Part shown: one piece after another, positions 51,550-64,000 of the stretch
How the letters are laid out: each line of letters starts with the position of its first letter
Numbering within the stretch: the stretch's first letter is position 1
NCBI GenBank assembly: GCA_965113315.1
Contig: OZ220370.1
Length of the DNA: 64,000 bases
Strand: one strand, 5' to 3'
Origin: Podarcis vaucheri
Lineage: Eukaryota
The notes under the pieces: model-generated
Told to the model about the DNA's origin: nothing
The model's database searches: none
Seen by the model: the letters and a program-made list of their open reading frames with translations, nothing else
Made by a program: the position numbers and the translations under genes

Positions 51550-53680
51550 ATAGGCATTGTCTAAAAACAAGGTATGATTTCCACCCCCTGCTGTATCCAT
51601 TTATGCCATTTGAATAAATTAGTGAATCAATTAAAACTCATATGATTAATTAATTAAGATTTCTTTAAGCAGGGGAAAGCCCTAGGGATAACATCATTCT
51701 ACAAAATCCTCACCGTGTCCAGTATGATTTCTTGTCCGTATCCTGGCCCCACAAGTAAATGCTGCCGATCTGAACAAACATCTAGGAGGAATTTAATGTT
51801 ACAAGAGTCCCGTTTACAGTCCTGATGCCTCATAGTAAATAAAACTAGGTATTCAGCCTGTCAGTGCTGCTGTAATGTATCATCGTGGGGCAAAAGTTGT
51901 CGTCGCTGGGGATGGGCAGTAATTACGCTCCGTGGGTGAGGGCTTGGGGAGATTCTTGGGCAGACTGGGCTCCTATCACAAGCTACTAAGGGGTTTGGGC
52001 TGTCAGAGCAAACCCCAGAGGAGATGCACGAAGAAGCAAAGGGCAAGTGTGCTGTTTGGCGAGCTGCTATTTATATCATTTATCATGTGGCTCTATAATA
52101 TACAGTGCAGTACATGTGTTCTTAGCATGAAGCTGGGGCGAAAGCATTGCTTTTCTGCTCATGAAAGAAAGGCACTTGGGAGGGCATAGGAGCCAACTCT
52201 TTGGGGCCGTGGGGGGCTCTGGCCCCCACAATAAAATATTTGAGGGAACAAGACCCCCACAAAGTTGATGAGCATTCTCATTCAAATAGTGTGTGTACAG
52301 TGCATCATGCGATCGATTATGCAGGGCGGGGATTACCTCAGCCCCCACAATTTTTTATTCAAGTTGGAACCTCTGTGGAAGGGGATAGTCAAGACCGAGG
52401 TTTTTTTTAGGGTGGGAAGACTAGCTCACATGACCATACAGGGCTGACCTGCAGTGTGGAGTTGTATCTAGGCTCATCTCTGGCCATGCCAAAGGTATTG
52501 CAAGGCTCCATCGCCAGTTGTGCATTTGAGATCACTGCCATTCAAGCTTTGTGAAGGTCCATTTTGGAATTGTTGCTTTAAATTTGACAGTTTTCGATGG
52601 TTAGCTGTTCTGGAAGCTATTTTGGAACTGAAGCAGGGAGAAATGCTTGCAAATAAACAAATGAAGGATGCTAGATTTGAAAGATAGGCCTTTGAACTGA
52701 GCCAACAGATTTACTCCTCCTCTTACTAACTCTCCTCTGTCGGGGCAGGAGGCATGAGACGCTGACGATTAAAAAAATGCAGTGAGGAAACAAAAACACC
52801 ATCATTCGAAATAAATATTATTTTTCAGTCTCCCCTCTCCACCCTATTTTTAGAACAATAGCAAAATAGAAGAAGCCCGGTGTTTTTACGCATGTCTCTG
52901 CTGCTCTGGTGACTTAATTTATTTCTTTAATTTGTTTTATAACCTTACCAAAATGTTATTCTTTTGAGACTCTCTTCTAGCCTACATTTTGCATATATTA
53001 TTTGCTGTAAAAGATTAATGAGGTAGCAGAAGCAATTTCTAATGGATTCCCTTGGTTTCCTCTCCCCTCTCTCCTTTTCTTAAACATACACAACCATGAA
53101 TCTGCTAAGTGCACTTGGCATTCGGGATGGAGAAAAGGAAAGTAATGAAACACAAAGCCTCTTTAGCCATTTCTCCCCTCCTCCACCCTTGCCAGCCCAT
53201 CCACTGTACTAACCTTGCAAATGTATTTGTATCTAATTTTCGTTGCTGCTGTGCAATTTTCAAGATTTGTTCAAAGGGTTCTCTATGAATTTCTGAGGTA
53301 AGGTCAGCGAATAATTTAGGCAGTTTTTTAAGGCCCTTAATGTTGAGACAAATTGGCTGTGTGTACACTATGGCCCAGAGTCAACATCCTCCAATTGCCA
53401 GTGCAAGGGCTGTTGTGCCACAATAAGGACAAGAATAATGGTTGCACAATATGAGTTGCGCTAGTGGAAGCTTGCTGTGCAATAGGATGCATCAGGGCTA
53501 CAGGCATGAGAACTGTGCTGGCTTGCCATACCTTCTCTTGTGCCAACCAACCCACTAGCACAACTGGTACACCACTGGTACACTTTAACTTAGAGCTTTG
53601 CAGAATTCCCCCCTATACCTTCAAAGCACATTCAATGTACATTCTTTCCCTCAAAGAATTCTGGGCACTGTAGTTTACCC

Positions 53681-53882
53681 AGAGGGCCTTCTCGGTAGTG
53701 GCGCGGGCTCTGTGGAACTCCCTCCCATCAGATGTCAAGGAAACAAACAACTATCTGACTTTTAGAAGACATCTGAAGGCAGCCCTGTTTAGGGATGTTT
53801 TTAATGTTTGATGTTTTATTGTGCTTTTAATTCTGTTGGGAGCCACTCAGAGTGCCTGGGGAAACTCAGCCAGATGGGCGGG

Positions 53883-53937
<55 letters not shown>
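53681..53937 (+). mobile_element. L2 3' fragment with (ATT)n tail, inserted into a palindromic MITE (53610-54045)
   Basis: RAFSVVARALWNSLPSDVKETNNYLTFRRHLKAALFRDVFNV*; MITE halves rejoin at tttaccc|ccctcacag. Confidence 0.85.
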
Positions 53938-56309
53938 CCCTCACAGAGTTACAATTCCCAGCACCCCTTAACAAACTACAGTTTCCAGAATTTTTCCAGA
54001 GATGAAATTGTGCCTTAGATGTGCTTTAAAGGTATAGTGTTTGCACAGCCAAAACCCTTCTGAAGCTACTGCAGAAACTTGCGAAGGTTGAGAAATTAGC
54101 CATGTAAAACTGAACCACAGAAATTGCCTGCTTTTGGGATGTGAGGGGGACACAGCCAACTCAGTTCTTGTTGACAAAGGCAAAATAAGCAAATCTTCTC
54201 CCAAGCATTAAAGTGAGCCGAACGGCTAAGCAGAGCTACAGTTAAACCAAGAGAAATTAATCCTTTCCACTCCCCAAGCCAACTGACACTCACTTCAGTA
54301 GCCATGGGAACATGGGAGGAAAATGCTACTCAAGTAGACACTGAGTAAGAGACAAGAGCAAATATGGAAAGAACTGTCACGGTGAGAAAGATGGTGGAGA
54401 GTGATAAGAAACCATGCCACATAAATCCCATAGAAACTAGTGCAGGGTGGTTCTGAGGTGGACATGCCAGCGCAGGATCATGAAACACTTCAGGTTGGCA
54501 ATGTAGAATTGTTTCCTCTTGTCAAACCATAAGAGAAGGACTTATGCAGGCCCAGAACTCTCTGAGAACAATGGTTGTGAAATCCAGTGGCAGCCTTAGG
54601 TGGAACCACAGCGTGTTGTAGCAGAAGATGGGGTGCTGGACATTAACAGAAAGGCCTTCAGTTCAAATCCCTGTCCAGCCATGGACCTCCTTGGATAACT
54701 GTGGGCACACAGCTTAAAACCATTTTCTGGTCGGTTGCCAACCCTAGAGCATATGGGTGGCACACAATTGGCTGGCATAGAACCGCTTAACCAAAGGCCT
54801 GCCCTAGTGGACAGTTCACAATGTTTGTGTGGCTGCCTTTGGCAGGGGTCCTTGACACTCCTGGCATTTAGACCTAAGCCTCAGAGGAAGGCTGGTCCTT
54901 GTGTTAGTCACAACGCCACATCTCCACTTCTAGGCCCCTGCTTCTCAGAGTAGGTTTGTGTGTTAAATTTTTAAAAAACCTAACGATGAACGATTCTCCA
55001 GGCAGATATGCAAAGCACTTATAAAGAACAACCAAAGCTGAAACATAAGACAAAGGGCAAAGAGGACAACTTTGGATCCAGAGGTTGCACATGTGTCATT
55101 ATAAGAATGAAGGTGGAAAGAAGTAGCAAAATAATAATAATACCTGTACCTTATTGAAATGTACACCTCTGCACAGCCAGAAATTGCTATAAAGTTCAGA
55201 CAAGGAGCAATGGGAAGAAACAAGTGACTATCTCACCAGCATCTTCCTCTTGCCCCTTTTTTTGCAAATACACCTGGGCAGGGCTAAGCAGCGATTTCTT
55301 CCTGTTGCTCCCTGTTCTTCTCAGAAACTCTTAATGGCAGGCAAGAAGTTGCAAAGTTGTAGGTCCTCCACAGAGATTTTCCAGGGCGATTAACAAGATT
55401 GGTCCAGCTGATCTCAGTTCTCAGGGAGATCACAGTCAAGAGAAACATGGTCTCTAAGGTAACCAGGTCCCAAGTCATGCAGGGCTTTTTAGATAGTATT
55501 ACACAGACATTACATAAGGCTCTGTCTAAATTAGGGCAAGAACTACAGATACTGGGCTGTGCATGAACAGAGCCATAGGATGTCCCAATTTTCATCAGAG
55601 AAATGTTGGAGGCTATGTCATCTTCACGTGCTTCAAGTTGGGCAGCAGACAGCACACCAGTGATGCCCTACAGGTGCCTCAGATTGTCATCTCTGAACAT
55701 GATGGCAACCTGTGGCCACATGATAGCTGACACCATGAGATTAGAGTGGTTTCCTTAACACCAATAATCTTGCGTTGCAAAAGTTGGTGGCTAGCAAAGT
55801 GGGAAATAACTGAGCAAGTATGCTAGGAAGTCCCTGTGGATTACTGAGTGCTTAGGGAAATCACTGAAGTTAAGGGAAGATGTGCTTAGTAGAACTCCCT
55901 TTTTCCAAAGATGAAATATCTGGATATTTATCTCTGTTGTTTGTTTGTTTGCTATGTCAGCGGGGAGAGCTGCAGTTAGGCAGTGTGTAATGAAAGTAGG
56001 CAAAACTGACAGGAAGGGAGGGGTTGGGAATGAGGCCAGAATTTCTTGTAAGCAATTGCCCAGTTAGGTAGCGGAATTACGCAAGGATCCAGTTTCAAAG
56101 ATTCACAGCGAGCCTCTTTACAAAAGCAATGTCTCATAATCAAATTTCACATGAATAGCCACCAAGTCCCATGGAAGGCCCTTTACTGGGAGAATATTTT
56201 TCTCTGGCTTTATTTGCATTAGCAATGATGACAGCAACCTCTCCATAGCCAAATAATTGAAGAGTGAAAGGCTAGCATTACTTCTGGGGAATAGATCTGC
56301 TGTGCAAGA

Positions 56310-56447
56310 NNNNNNNNNNNNNNNNNNNNNNNNNNNNNNNNNNNNNNNNNNNNNNNNNNNNNNNNNNNNNNNNNNNNNNNNNNNNNNNNNNNNNNNNNNN
56401 NNNNNNNNNNNNNNNNNNNNNNNNNNNNNNNNNNNNNNNNNNNNNNN
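56310..56447. other. Assembly gap (138 N)
   Basis: Run of N; both flanks read aga, suggesting an unresolved (AG)n repeat. Confidence 0.99.
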
Positions 56448-58039
56448 AGAGAAGAAAAACAGAATGAAGGTGTTCTATACACCTTCAGAAATAGTATACA
56501 GAAACCTGCCTTATACAAAATCAGATTATATGCCTAGCTGGCCCAACATCCTCTCCTCTGTCTGGCATTGATAGCTATAGGGCAGAGGAATTCCCATGCC
56601 ACCTGCTACTTGATCCTTTTACCTGGCAATGCCAGTTTAACTGGAGAACTGAATCTAGGACTTTCTACATAAGCAAAGAAAACATGTGCTCTATGACTGA
56701 GCTGCAGTCCCCTCCCAAAACGCAAGTTGAGTAGTAGGACTCATAGGGTAATGACATGGGCACTATCCAACAGCGACCTGTGGCACTGGCACAACTTCAA
56801 CCACCATAGCAAACCAAATTCTTGCCAATATGATGTTGTTCTTCTTCTTCTTCTTGTTGTTGTTAAAAGCCCTGTTTTCCAACAACTGTGGACAGTGGTT
56901 TAAACTTGCTGGAGAAAGGTACTTCTTCCACAAGACGCAAAACTGAATCACAGCTCAACCACAGAAAAACTATTTGCAACAGGTAAGCAGGGTTGTGTCT
57001 GTCACCCACACTTTGCACCAGCGGCAAAAGCTGGAGGATGTGATGCACAGAGCATAGAATTCAGCTTCAAAATGCAAGTTTCTGGCTATTTTATGTCTGT
57101 GATTTTAAGGCACCTGCATCATCTTTCACATCTTTCACAGATGCACCCATACTAGTAGACTGCAAGTGCCATTGCTACAGAAATAAGGTGACTTTGCTTA
57201 TAGAGTAATAGCAATGACAAAAGGTGCAGGAAACCAAGTCAAAGGAACTTGTAAGGGTTTGGGTAATTCAGAAAACCTACCACTAGGGGACGTTTCTGTT
57301 TTCACATTTGTCCAGAATACATTCTAGTACAATTATTTCATTATTTCTTATAAAAATAAATCAAACACCATACCTAGCCTTTTTCTCTTGCATTGTATAG
57401 CTGAAGGGTCATTTTTAAGGGGTTTGAAGAAAGCACTTTAAAAATAGGCTGGGAAACAAAATATACCAAAGGAATGTAGAGCTGATATTTCTTCACTGAA
57501 CATATCTTACCATTTTAGACCTGTTCTTTGAGAAACAATTACGACAGGGTTGGGTATCAACAAAATATGTATTTTGCCTTCCATTTGGCAATAAAACAGC
57601 CAGGGCATTTCTGTGTGACTTATTTTAATGTAACAATATTGGAATGTTAAAGTTTTCAGGATAACAATAATAAAGCGAAGATGCATGACCACTTAGATAA
57701 TTAATTAATTAATTAATCAATATAAAAAAAAACTAGGGCAGGGAGTATATGTTCCATACATGAATCACCTTCAGACCATAGGTGGTATTTTTGAAAGGAG
57801 GGACTCTTCTTTGTCACAATTTGTTATAGCAACTGCATATCAGGTCTTTAACTATAAACAACTTATCAGAATAGATAATGTGTCTGGTTCTTGGACTCAG
57901 AACATCAGGACTATGGGAAGTAGTCCAGCAGTTAAACCCATCTGATGGTGATGCAGTCAGTAGATAGTGTAGTATCTTTTGGGCAAATGGGGAAATAGGG
58001 AGATTTCAGGGGGTATCAGGGCTACCCTTGGCCAATTTA

Positions 58040-58208
58040 CCGTATTTTTTGCACCATAACACTCACTTTTTTCCTCCTAGAAAGTAAGGGGAAATGCCTG
58101 TGTGTGTTATGGAGGGAATGCCTACGGGTGGCATGCCTACGGATTTTCCTCCTCTAAAAACTATGTGTGTGTTATGGTCGGGTGCGTGTTATAGAGCGAA
58201 AAATATGG
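58040..58208 (-). mobile_element. Short TcMar-Tc2-type MITE
   Basis: TIR ccgtattttttgc / gcgaaaaatatgg, TA TSD; termini shared with 32217-33106. Confidence 0.8.
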
Positions 58209-59639
58209 TAAGTATTTGCCCCATCCCTACTTTCTTCTTAAAGGGACAGTTTGTAGATTGAAAGTACTGATATGCTCAGCAACCTCTTTGCTAGGCCAGA
58301 GTGGGTCTGACCAACTTTACTTGGTTTGCCATCTGAGTTCACTGGCAGAAGAGAGAAACCTAACTAATATAACCCATAACTTGATGACTTCCAGACTGAA
58401 ATACACTCTGAGTGGGGCAGACCTTGAAGATTGTTCACACCTGATATGGAATACCATAGCCTGTCTATTGACAGGAATGGATTACATAGAATATATTACG
58501 CCATCCCTGTATCATATGCTTTATTATTTCTTTACTGTACACATTTAGAGCACTGGTTTTGACCCTTAAATCACAATATGATGGGGCTGTGGAATGCCTT
58601 CTCCTGTGTGGTTTCTCCCAGCTCCCCTGCCCTGGATTTTAAGATCTGCCAGTGGTGTGCCAGGCTCTTGGAAGGTTAAGATGCCATCTATCAATAGCAG
58701 GGTCCTTTCCATGTTGGCCCTGGAGGTGAGGGATGCACTTCACTAGAAAGTCTCCTTCTCCTTCTTCCTGGCTGGCATGGAAACTAGGAGCAGAGAGACC
58801 TGGATTCAAGTTCCAACACAGCCAGGAAGTTTATTGGGTGACCTTGGTTAGGCACCCTAACCTTCAAAATGTAAAAACTCAGCCAGATCTGCCTACAGGT
58901 TCACCTGGTCCAGCCTATGGGATGTTCAAAAGCAGGGCATGAGCACAATAGCACTTTCCTATTAACGTTTCCCAGCAACTGCCTTTAAGAGAAATGTTGC
59001 CTCTGATCCTAGAAGCAACATATAGCCATCATGACTAGTAGTCATTGACAGCCTTGTGGTCCATAAAATGAGTGAAAAAGGAACCCGTGTGTACCACTGA
59101 GTTTTTTTGAAGGATAAAAATATTGTATATAAATACATTCTTCAGGGAGATAGGTAAAGATATCTTTATTCTGCCAGGCATTTGGAAATTAGCTGGAAGC
59201 TGGTTTTTACTGTTCCTTTTATTGCTCTTTTTATGCAATGTTAAATTCCTCTTCATATTTCTTAGTTGTTTTTATTTTATATTTCTTTACATTAAAAAAA
59301 TTAAAAGTCTAAAGATGATGTTAACCCCCCCGACAACATTGTTCCTTTACACTCAATAGGATAACACCTTGCCCTTGTATTGCTCCAGGACAGAGAACTG
59401 AAAAAGAAGAGGTAACATCTGTACCCAGTAAAATATATCAATCATGGTCCATTCATTCCCATTATCAGTAATGGCCTACCCAGTGCTATTTTTCTAGAAG
59501 GAGATGTGCTGGAACTCACTATGAACACCTCCCTTGTTCTCTAAGAATGGCAATGGCGCCCACCTGAGACGTGCCAGAACTGAGTTCTGGTGTGCTCTGG
59601 CTGGGGGGGGGGGAGCCCTGAGCCTACCCAATCCAAGTA

Positions 59640-60494
59640 CAGTGGTACCTCAGGTTAAGAACTTACGGTAATTTGTTCTGTATCATATGTGGTGGGATTG
59701 TAAGGTAATTAAAAAAAATGGGAAATGATTTACAACGAATTGAAGAAAATGTTCCATTTAACATTTGTTAAAAAATCCGAGGCATTTTTGTTGGGGATTG
59801 TAGGGAAAGACCTGCCAAAAAAGTTGAAAAACATCTTCATGTATGCGACAACGGCTGCGAGAGTTCTGGTAGCACAAGGATAGAAGACTGAAGAAACCCC
59901 AACTAAAGAATCATGGCAAGAAAAACTGATGGACTATGCAGAACTGGCAAAACTGACATATAAGCTACAGGACAAGGATAACTGTGACTTTAAGGATAAA
60001 TGGGAACCCTTTACAAAGTATCTGAAGACGCAACAAAGCGAACTGGACTCCTTGGTAGGTTTTGAATAAACATTCACAAACTTTTTATTGATAATAATCA
60101 GCTAAATAGTTTGATGATCTATACAACTTTGTAACATGCAGAAAACAGCATTCTCAGAGAAACCAAAGACTGGAACTGAGGGAAGTTGGGGGGTGGGGTG
60201 GGGGTGGATGGGTTTTGTGTGGGAGGGGGGAAGGGAGGAAAAATGGGGGGAAAACAAGGATGATATGTTTTTGGATAATATGTCCTGTTATAATTTTGAA
60301 TAAAAAAAATTATTTAAAAAAGAACTTAATTCGTTCTGGAGGTCTGTCCTTAACCTGAAACTGCTCTTGTTGCGTGTGATTTCTATTCTCATCCTGGGGT
60401 AAAGTTCTTAACCTGAGGTACTATTTCTGGGTTAGCAGAGTCTGTAACCTGAAGCATCTGTAACCTGAAGCGACTCTAACCCGAGGTATCACTG
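59640..60494 (-). mobile_element. Tigger/pogo-like MITE, copy 4, split by an L1 insertion
   Basis: Left piece 59640-59680 and right piece 60320-60494 match 13883-14108; TA TSD. Confidence 0.88.
59681..60319 (+). mobile_element. L1 LINE, 5'-truncated (ORF2 C-terminus plus 3'UTR)
   Basis: YHMWWDC (end of CCHC motif)...WEMIYNELKKMF...EAFLLGI...YATTAARVLVAQG*K...WQEKLMDYAELAKLT...WEPF, stop at 60069, with one frameshift and one nonsense codon; G-rich 3'UTR; AATAAA and A tail. Confidence 0.85.
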
Positions 60495-63400
60495 TACCCT
60501 GTCTCTGGCAGAAGGCATGTTGAGATGCAGGAGGGGATATATAAGAGTGTAGGGTACTCAAAGTGTGTTGCGTGCTGTTCTCTCTTGGTGAACATCAGCT
60601 GTGGCTTCAGAGTGACAGCTTCTGCTGTTGCTGGCAGCAAGGAGCCTGGCACTGTCAGCACATGTCCTTCCACAGATCAGCGCTGGAACTTCATGCGCAC
60701 CAACTTGGAAGAAATTTTGTTTCAGCACAACATTTTCCGTACACTGGCAACAAAATGCAAAACTTGGCAAAAAAAAAACAATCCACCCTGGTTTTAGTCA
60801 AGCCACAGTTCTTCCCTGGAATTCAGAGAATCAGGGCTGTTGGTGGTTTGTTTACACCATTGGGGAATATAGTTTTAGGACCTGTTGGGTCAGACGTATT
60901 TGGCTGAATAGCTAAACCTGTGAACAAGCAAGGGATCCCGGGATTATTATTATTATTTTAACCCTTGTGTGTTATTTCAGTCTATTTGGTAAGGCTGCCA
61001 TGAACTATGAACTCTGCTTGCCCAGTGTGGTTTATTGCCCTGGGATGAAACAGAAATGACTCAAATCTCTAATCAGTAAAGGGTAAGGATGGGTGGTTTG
61101 GGATTATTCTGTTTGAGTGTTTTGGGATTATTCCTGGTTTCCTAGGAATAAAGTCAATTTCCCGAGCCACTCTGAAGGCTCAGAAGGATGCCATCTCCCC
61201 GTCCCCACACTGCCTGGCTTTTACAATTGCAGAAACCCTTGGAGAACTTCAGCTTCCATGGTTCTCGACAGTCTATCATACTGTTAGCAAATGCAACAGG
61301 CTGATGGGAGGTGGAAGAGGGTGAGGGAGAGAGGAGAAGCTTATCTCCACTCTCCCTCTCCTTGTGCTTTCACTACAATCAAGCTATGAAAAGTGAAAGT
61401 GAGGGGTAAAATTAAATTTTTCTCTGATGGGTCTTTCCACACTGAACAATAATGTGAACCTGGATTTAATCCACAGTAGTGTGTGCAGACACTCCCCTTT
61501 AAATAAATGAGAAAACAACTTTCGCACTTGCACTTCTTGGCCAGCTGGCTAAGCCAAAGTTTCTCAGAAACTGGGGGGGGGGGGTGGTCCTTGATTTTGT
61601 TTGTTTGGACAAGTTTTCTTTTTCAAGCTGCTCCTGAACAGCTGAAGAATTTCTGTCCTGATCTAGAGAATGTTTGGCAAACAGGCCTTCCCAATTCTGC
61701 AACTGCACTTTGGGTGCAACAGTGGATCCAGTTTTAATATTGTTTAATTTTATTTTAATAATGTTAAAGAAAGCAATGGGCTTGATCCCCTACTCCTTCC
61801 AGTCCTTCTGTCTTAGCCAATTGCTTCCTTCATCCGCTAATGTAGATTAACAGTGGAATTTCATTCTGTGAGCCAACATTTCTCTGAAAAGAATTTTCTG
61901 AGGGAAAAACTCTCAAATAATTTCATCCCTCCCAATATTCAGCAAAGTACCCTTCCATTTCACAAACCGTGGATAGCGCATAGAAATTTGGGGGACCATT
62001 TTTGCCCAACCCTACATACAACACTTCAGGTGGTAAATAGCTTTGGGCCAGCACAGTGAACTCCATTGCGAAAGATACATCATCTTCAGTCAAGTCAAAT
62101 TTACATTCTTCTCTAGACCTCCGCTCCTCTTCCTTGACCCGTCTTTCTCTGTGCTGCATAGCAGCTTTGCTCACAGCTAATATGCCAGGTGTGGTATGTT
62201 GCAGGTGCTTAAGTCTTTTCAGCTAAATCCTATATCCCATCAAGTGCTCACAGCACTGGGCTCAAAGTTTCTTCCTGAGATCAGTCACTATCTAAAAGAC
62301 TGCATGAGTCCATGGATATAACTAGCAAGAAATAGAAACTTCCCATATTTGAAAACTATGGGGAAAAATATTGGGGGGGGGGAGGAACTCTGTTTCCTTT
62401 CACTAATATTTTCACAAATCCTGAAGCTGTAATATCAAGCAACACGGCTTCACTGCATTTCAAAATATACCTGAATGTTATACTCTGGACCTAGTCATCA
62501 AGCCTTTATGGCAAGCACGCATTGTACCCCCCTAGGATTAAAAGGCCAGCATCCTCCCATCCCAATTGCCTTCATCCCCTCATAATAGAAAGAAATGCCA
62601 AGATATTTCACAAAGCCTAATTTTCCCTCCAGGTAAAGGCACCGGGCCAGAAACTTAGCGCTTTTGTCTCCATTGCTTGTATGCCTTTTTTTTTTATTGC
62701 TTTTCTGTTGTTGATGTTGTTGTTCCTGTTGTAAAACTCAAGTGTTGCTCAAGACAGAGAGCTTGGCAGCCTTCCCACAATTCTCAGCATGTGGGAATAG
62801 CAAGTAACAAAGTGTTAACACCTGCCAACTGGTGGTTAGGTGTAAATGTCTTTGTTAACAACAAACACTGCTGCTGGCAGTCATCGGAGCAAAGCAGCAA
62901 ATCTGTTCCCTACTCCGAGGTGGGAAACACCAAACGATGACAACAAAAAGCCACCTAATTGCTCGATTAAGATGTATCAATCCTGGTAACTACTGATCTA
63001 GAACACTGAATTGCTGACATTTACTTCACTCCTGATTAAACAGAATCATATTAGGGCCAGGTATTCCACAGGCATCTCAGAATGTCACAATCTGCCTTCG
63101 TGGGAGTTGTAATGGTGAAACTTTTTGCAGCACTGAATGACCCTGGTGAGGAGGAAGACAAATAGATCCTTTTGATAAGAGCAATGCAAAAAAATAAAGA
63201 AAGGAAAAAGCAACAAGCAACAAGCAACAAACAAAGCATAAAAGGGCAATTACAGAATAATCTATATTTCCCTTCCTTCAATTGCAATTTTTATTAAACC
63301 ACTTTCCTTTATTAAATCTTGGCAACACTGGTACAACTGAGATACAGATCTGAGATTGCTGTCCATTCTTATGACCGCTCCTTCTTAAAATGTATGCTGG

Positions 63401-63692
63401 TGTGGACTGTCAAACCAACCAGCAACCAAGCATATATTTTTTCTGTTTCATGGACTCCAATTTGGCTGCTGCTACTTTGCTTCTGCACATCCACCATATT
63501 GACAAATTGTGTTACAATCCCAGTTTTTTAAATTTAAAAAAATAGGTATTGGATAACCTAGCTGAACTAACCTAGCTACCCTAGTGGAAGCCTTTGAAAC
63601 TGGTTGCTTTACAAGAGTTGGACTAGGGGAATTTCCAGCTGCAAGTTAAAAACCGTGAGACTCTGGGACTGACCTTGAATCTTTCAAATGTT

Positions 63693-64000
63693 ATGGTAAA
63701 TGGAAGAGGAAAAACAGACCAGTCAACCGCTGACAAAACATTAAGGTCTGGGAGGACTTGGTAACAATCCAGGAGAGGTCTATCATTAGGCCCTCCTGAT
63801 CTTTTTGTTGCTGTCTTCGTAATAGTATATTTGAAACCAAGAGGAATGTCGACAGAAGAGGCTTTGGTGGCTGCATTATATAAGATAAATGACTCATTGG
63901 ATCAGCTTCACAGGAAAATGGACATGATAAATGCGAAAGTGGATGTTTCAATTGCTGAGGTTGATTTGAATGCAGGGAGTATGGATAATACCAATACAGA
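63693..64000 (+). mobile_element. Possible L1 ORF1 N-terminal coiled-coil region running off the window edge
   Basis: Frame ATG63693...TLRSGRTW*...; from ATG63846, MSTEEALVAALYKINDSLDQLHRKMDMINAKVDVSIAEVDLN stays open to the end with heptad periodicity. Confidence 0.45.

Noticed and set aside
61923-62174. Charged 83-aa minus-strand ORF (QHRERRVKEEERRSREECKFDL...)
   Set aside because: No recognisable homology and no convincing splice sites; may be a conserved non-coding block

Overview
Non-coding, repeat-rich vertebrate DNA from a squamate reptile, most likely a lacertid lizard. This is inferred from the co-occurrence of Sauria SINEs, Squam3/MIR-type CORE SINEs, BovB, lizard L2/CR1/L1 pieces and many hAT and Tc1/mariner MITEs. 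I found no recognisable host protein-coding exon. The window looks like a large intron or gene desert with several TE-free stretches that may be conserved non-coding elements. The ORFs I could trace are repeat-derived, and the rest look like chance ORFs. The most interesting signal is a set of non-autonomous DNA transposons carrying cargo (Pack-type). The clearest is a 514-bp hAT element (16183-16696, perfect 8-bp TSD) whose interior looks like a captured CpG-island 5'UTR/first coding exon (ATG-polyQ/Pro/Ala) plus CRE and GC-box promoter motifs. A second family has picked up an L2 3' tail between duplicated right ends (41071-41443, 48831-49175), and a Tc2-type MITE is filled with fold-back repeats (32217-33106). 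Several clean nested insertions give a relative TE chronology. There is one assembly gap (56310-56447). Family names come from my recognition of motifs, not from a database search.
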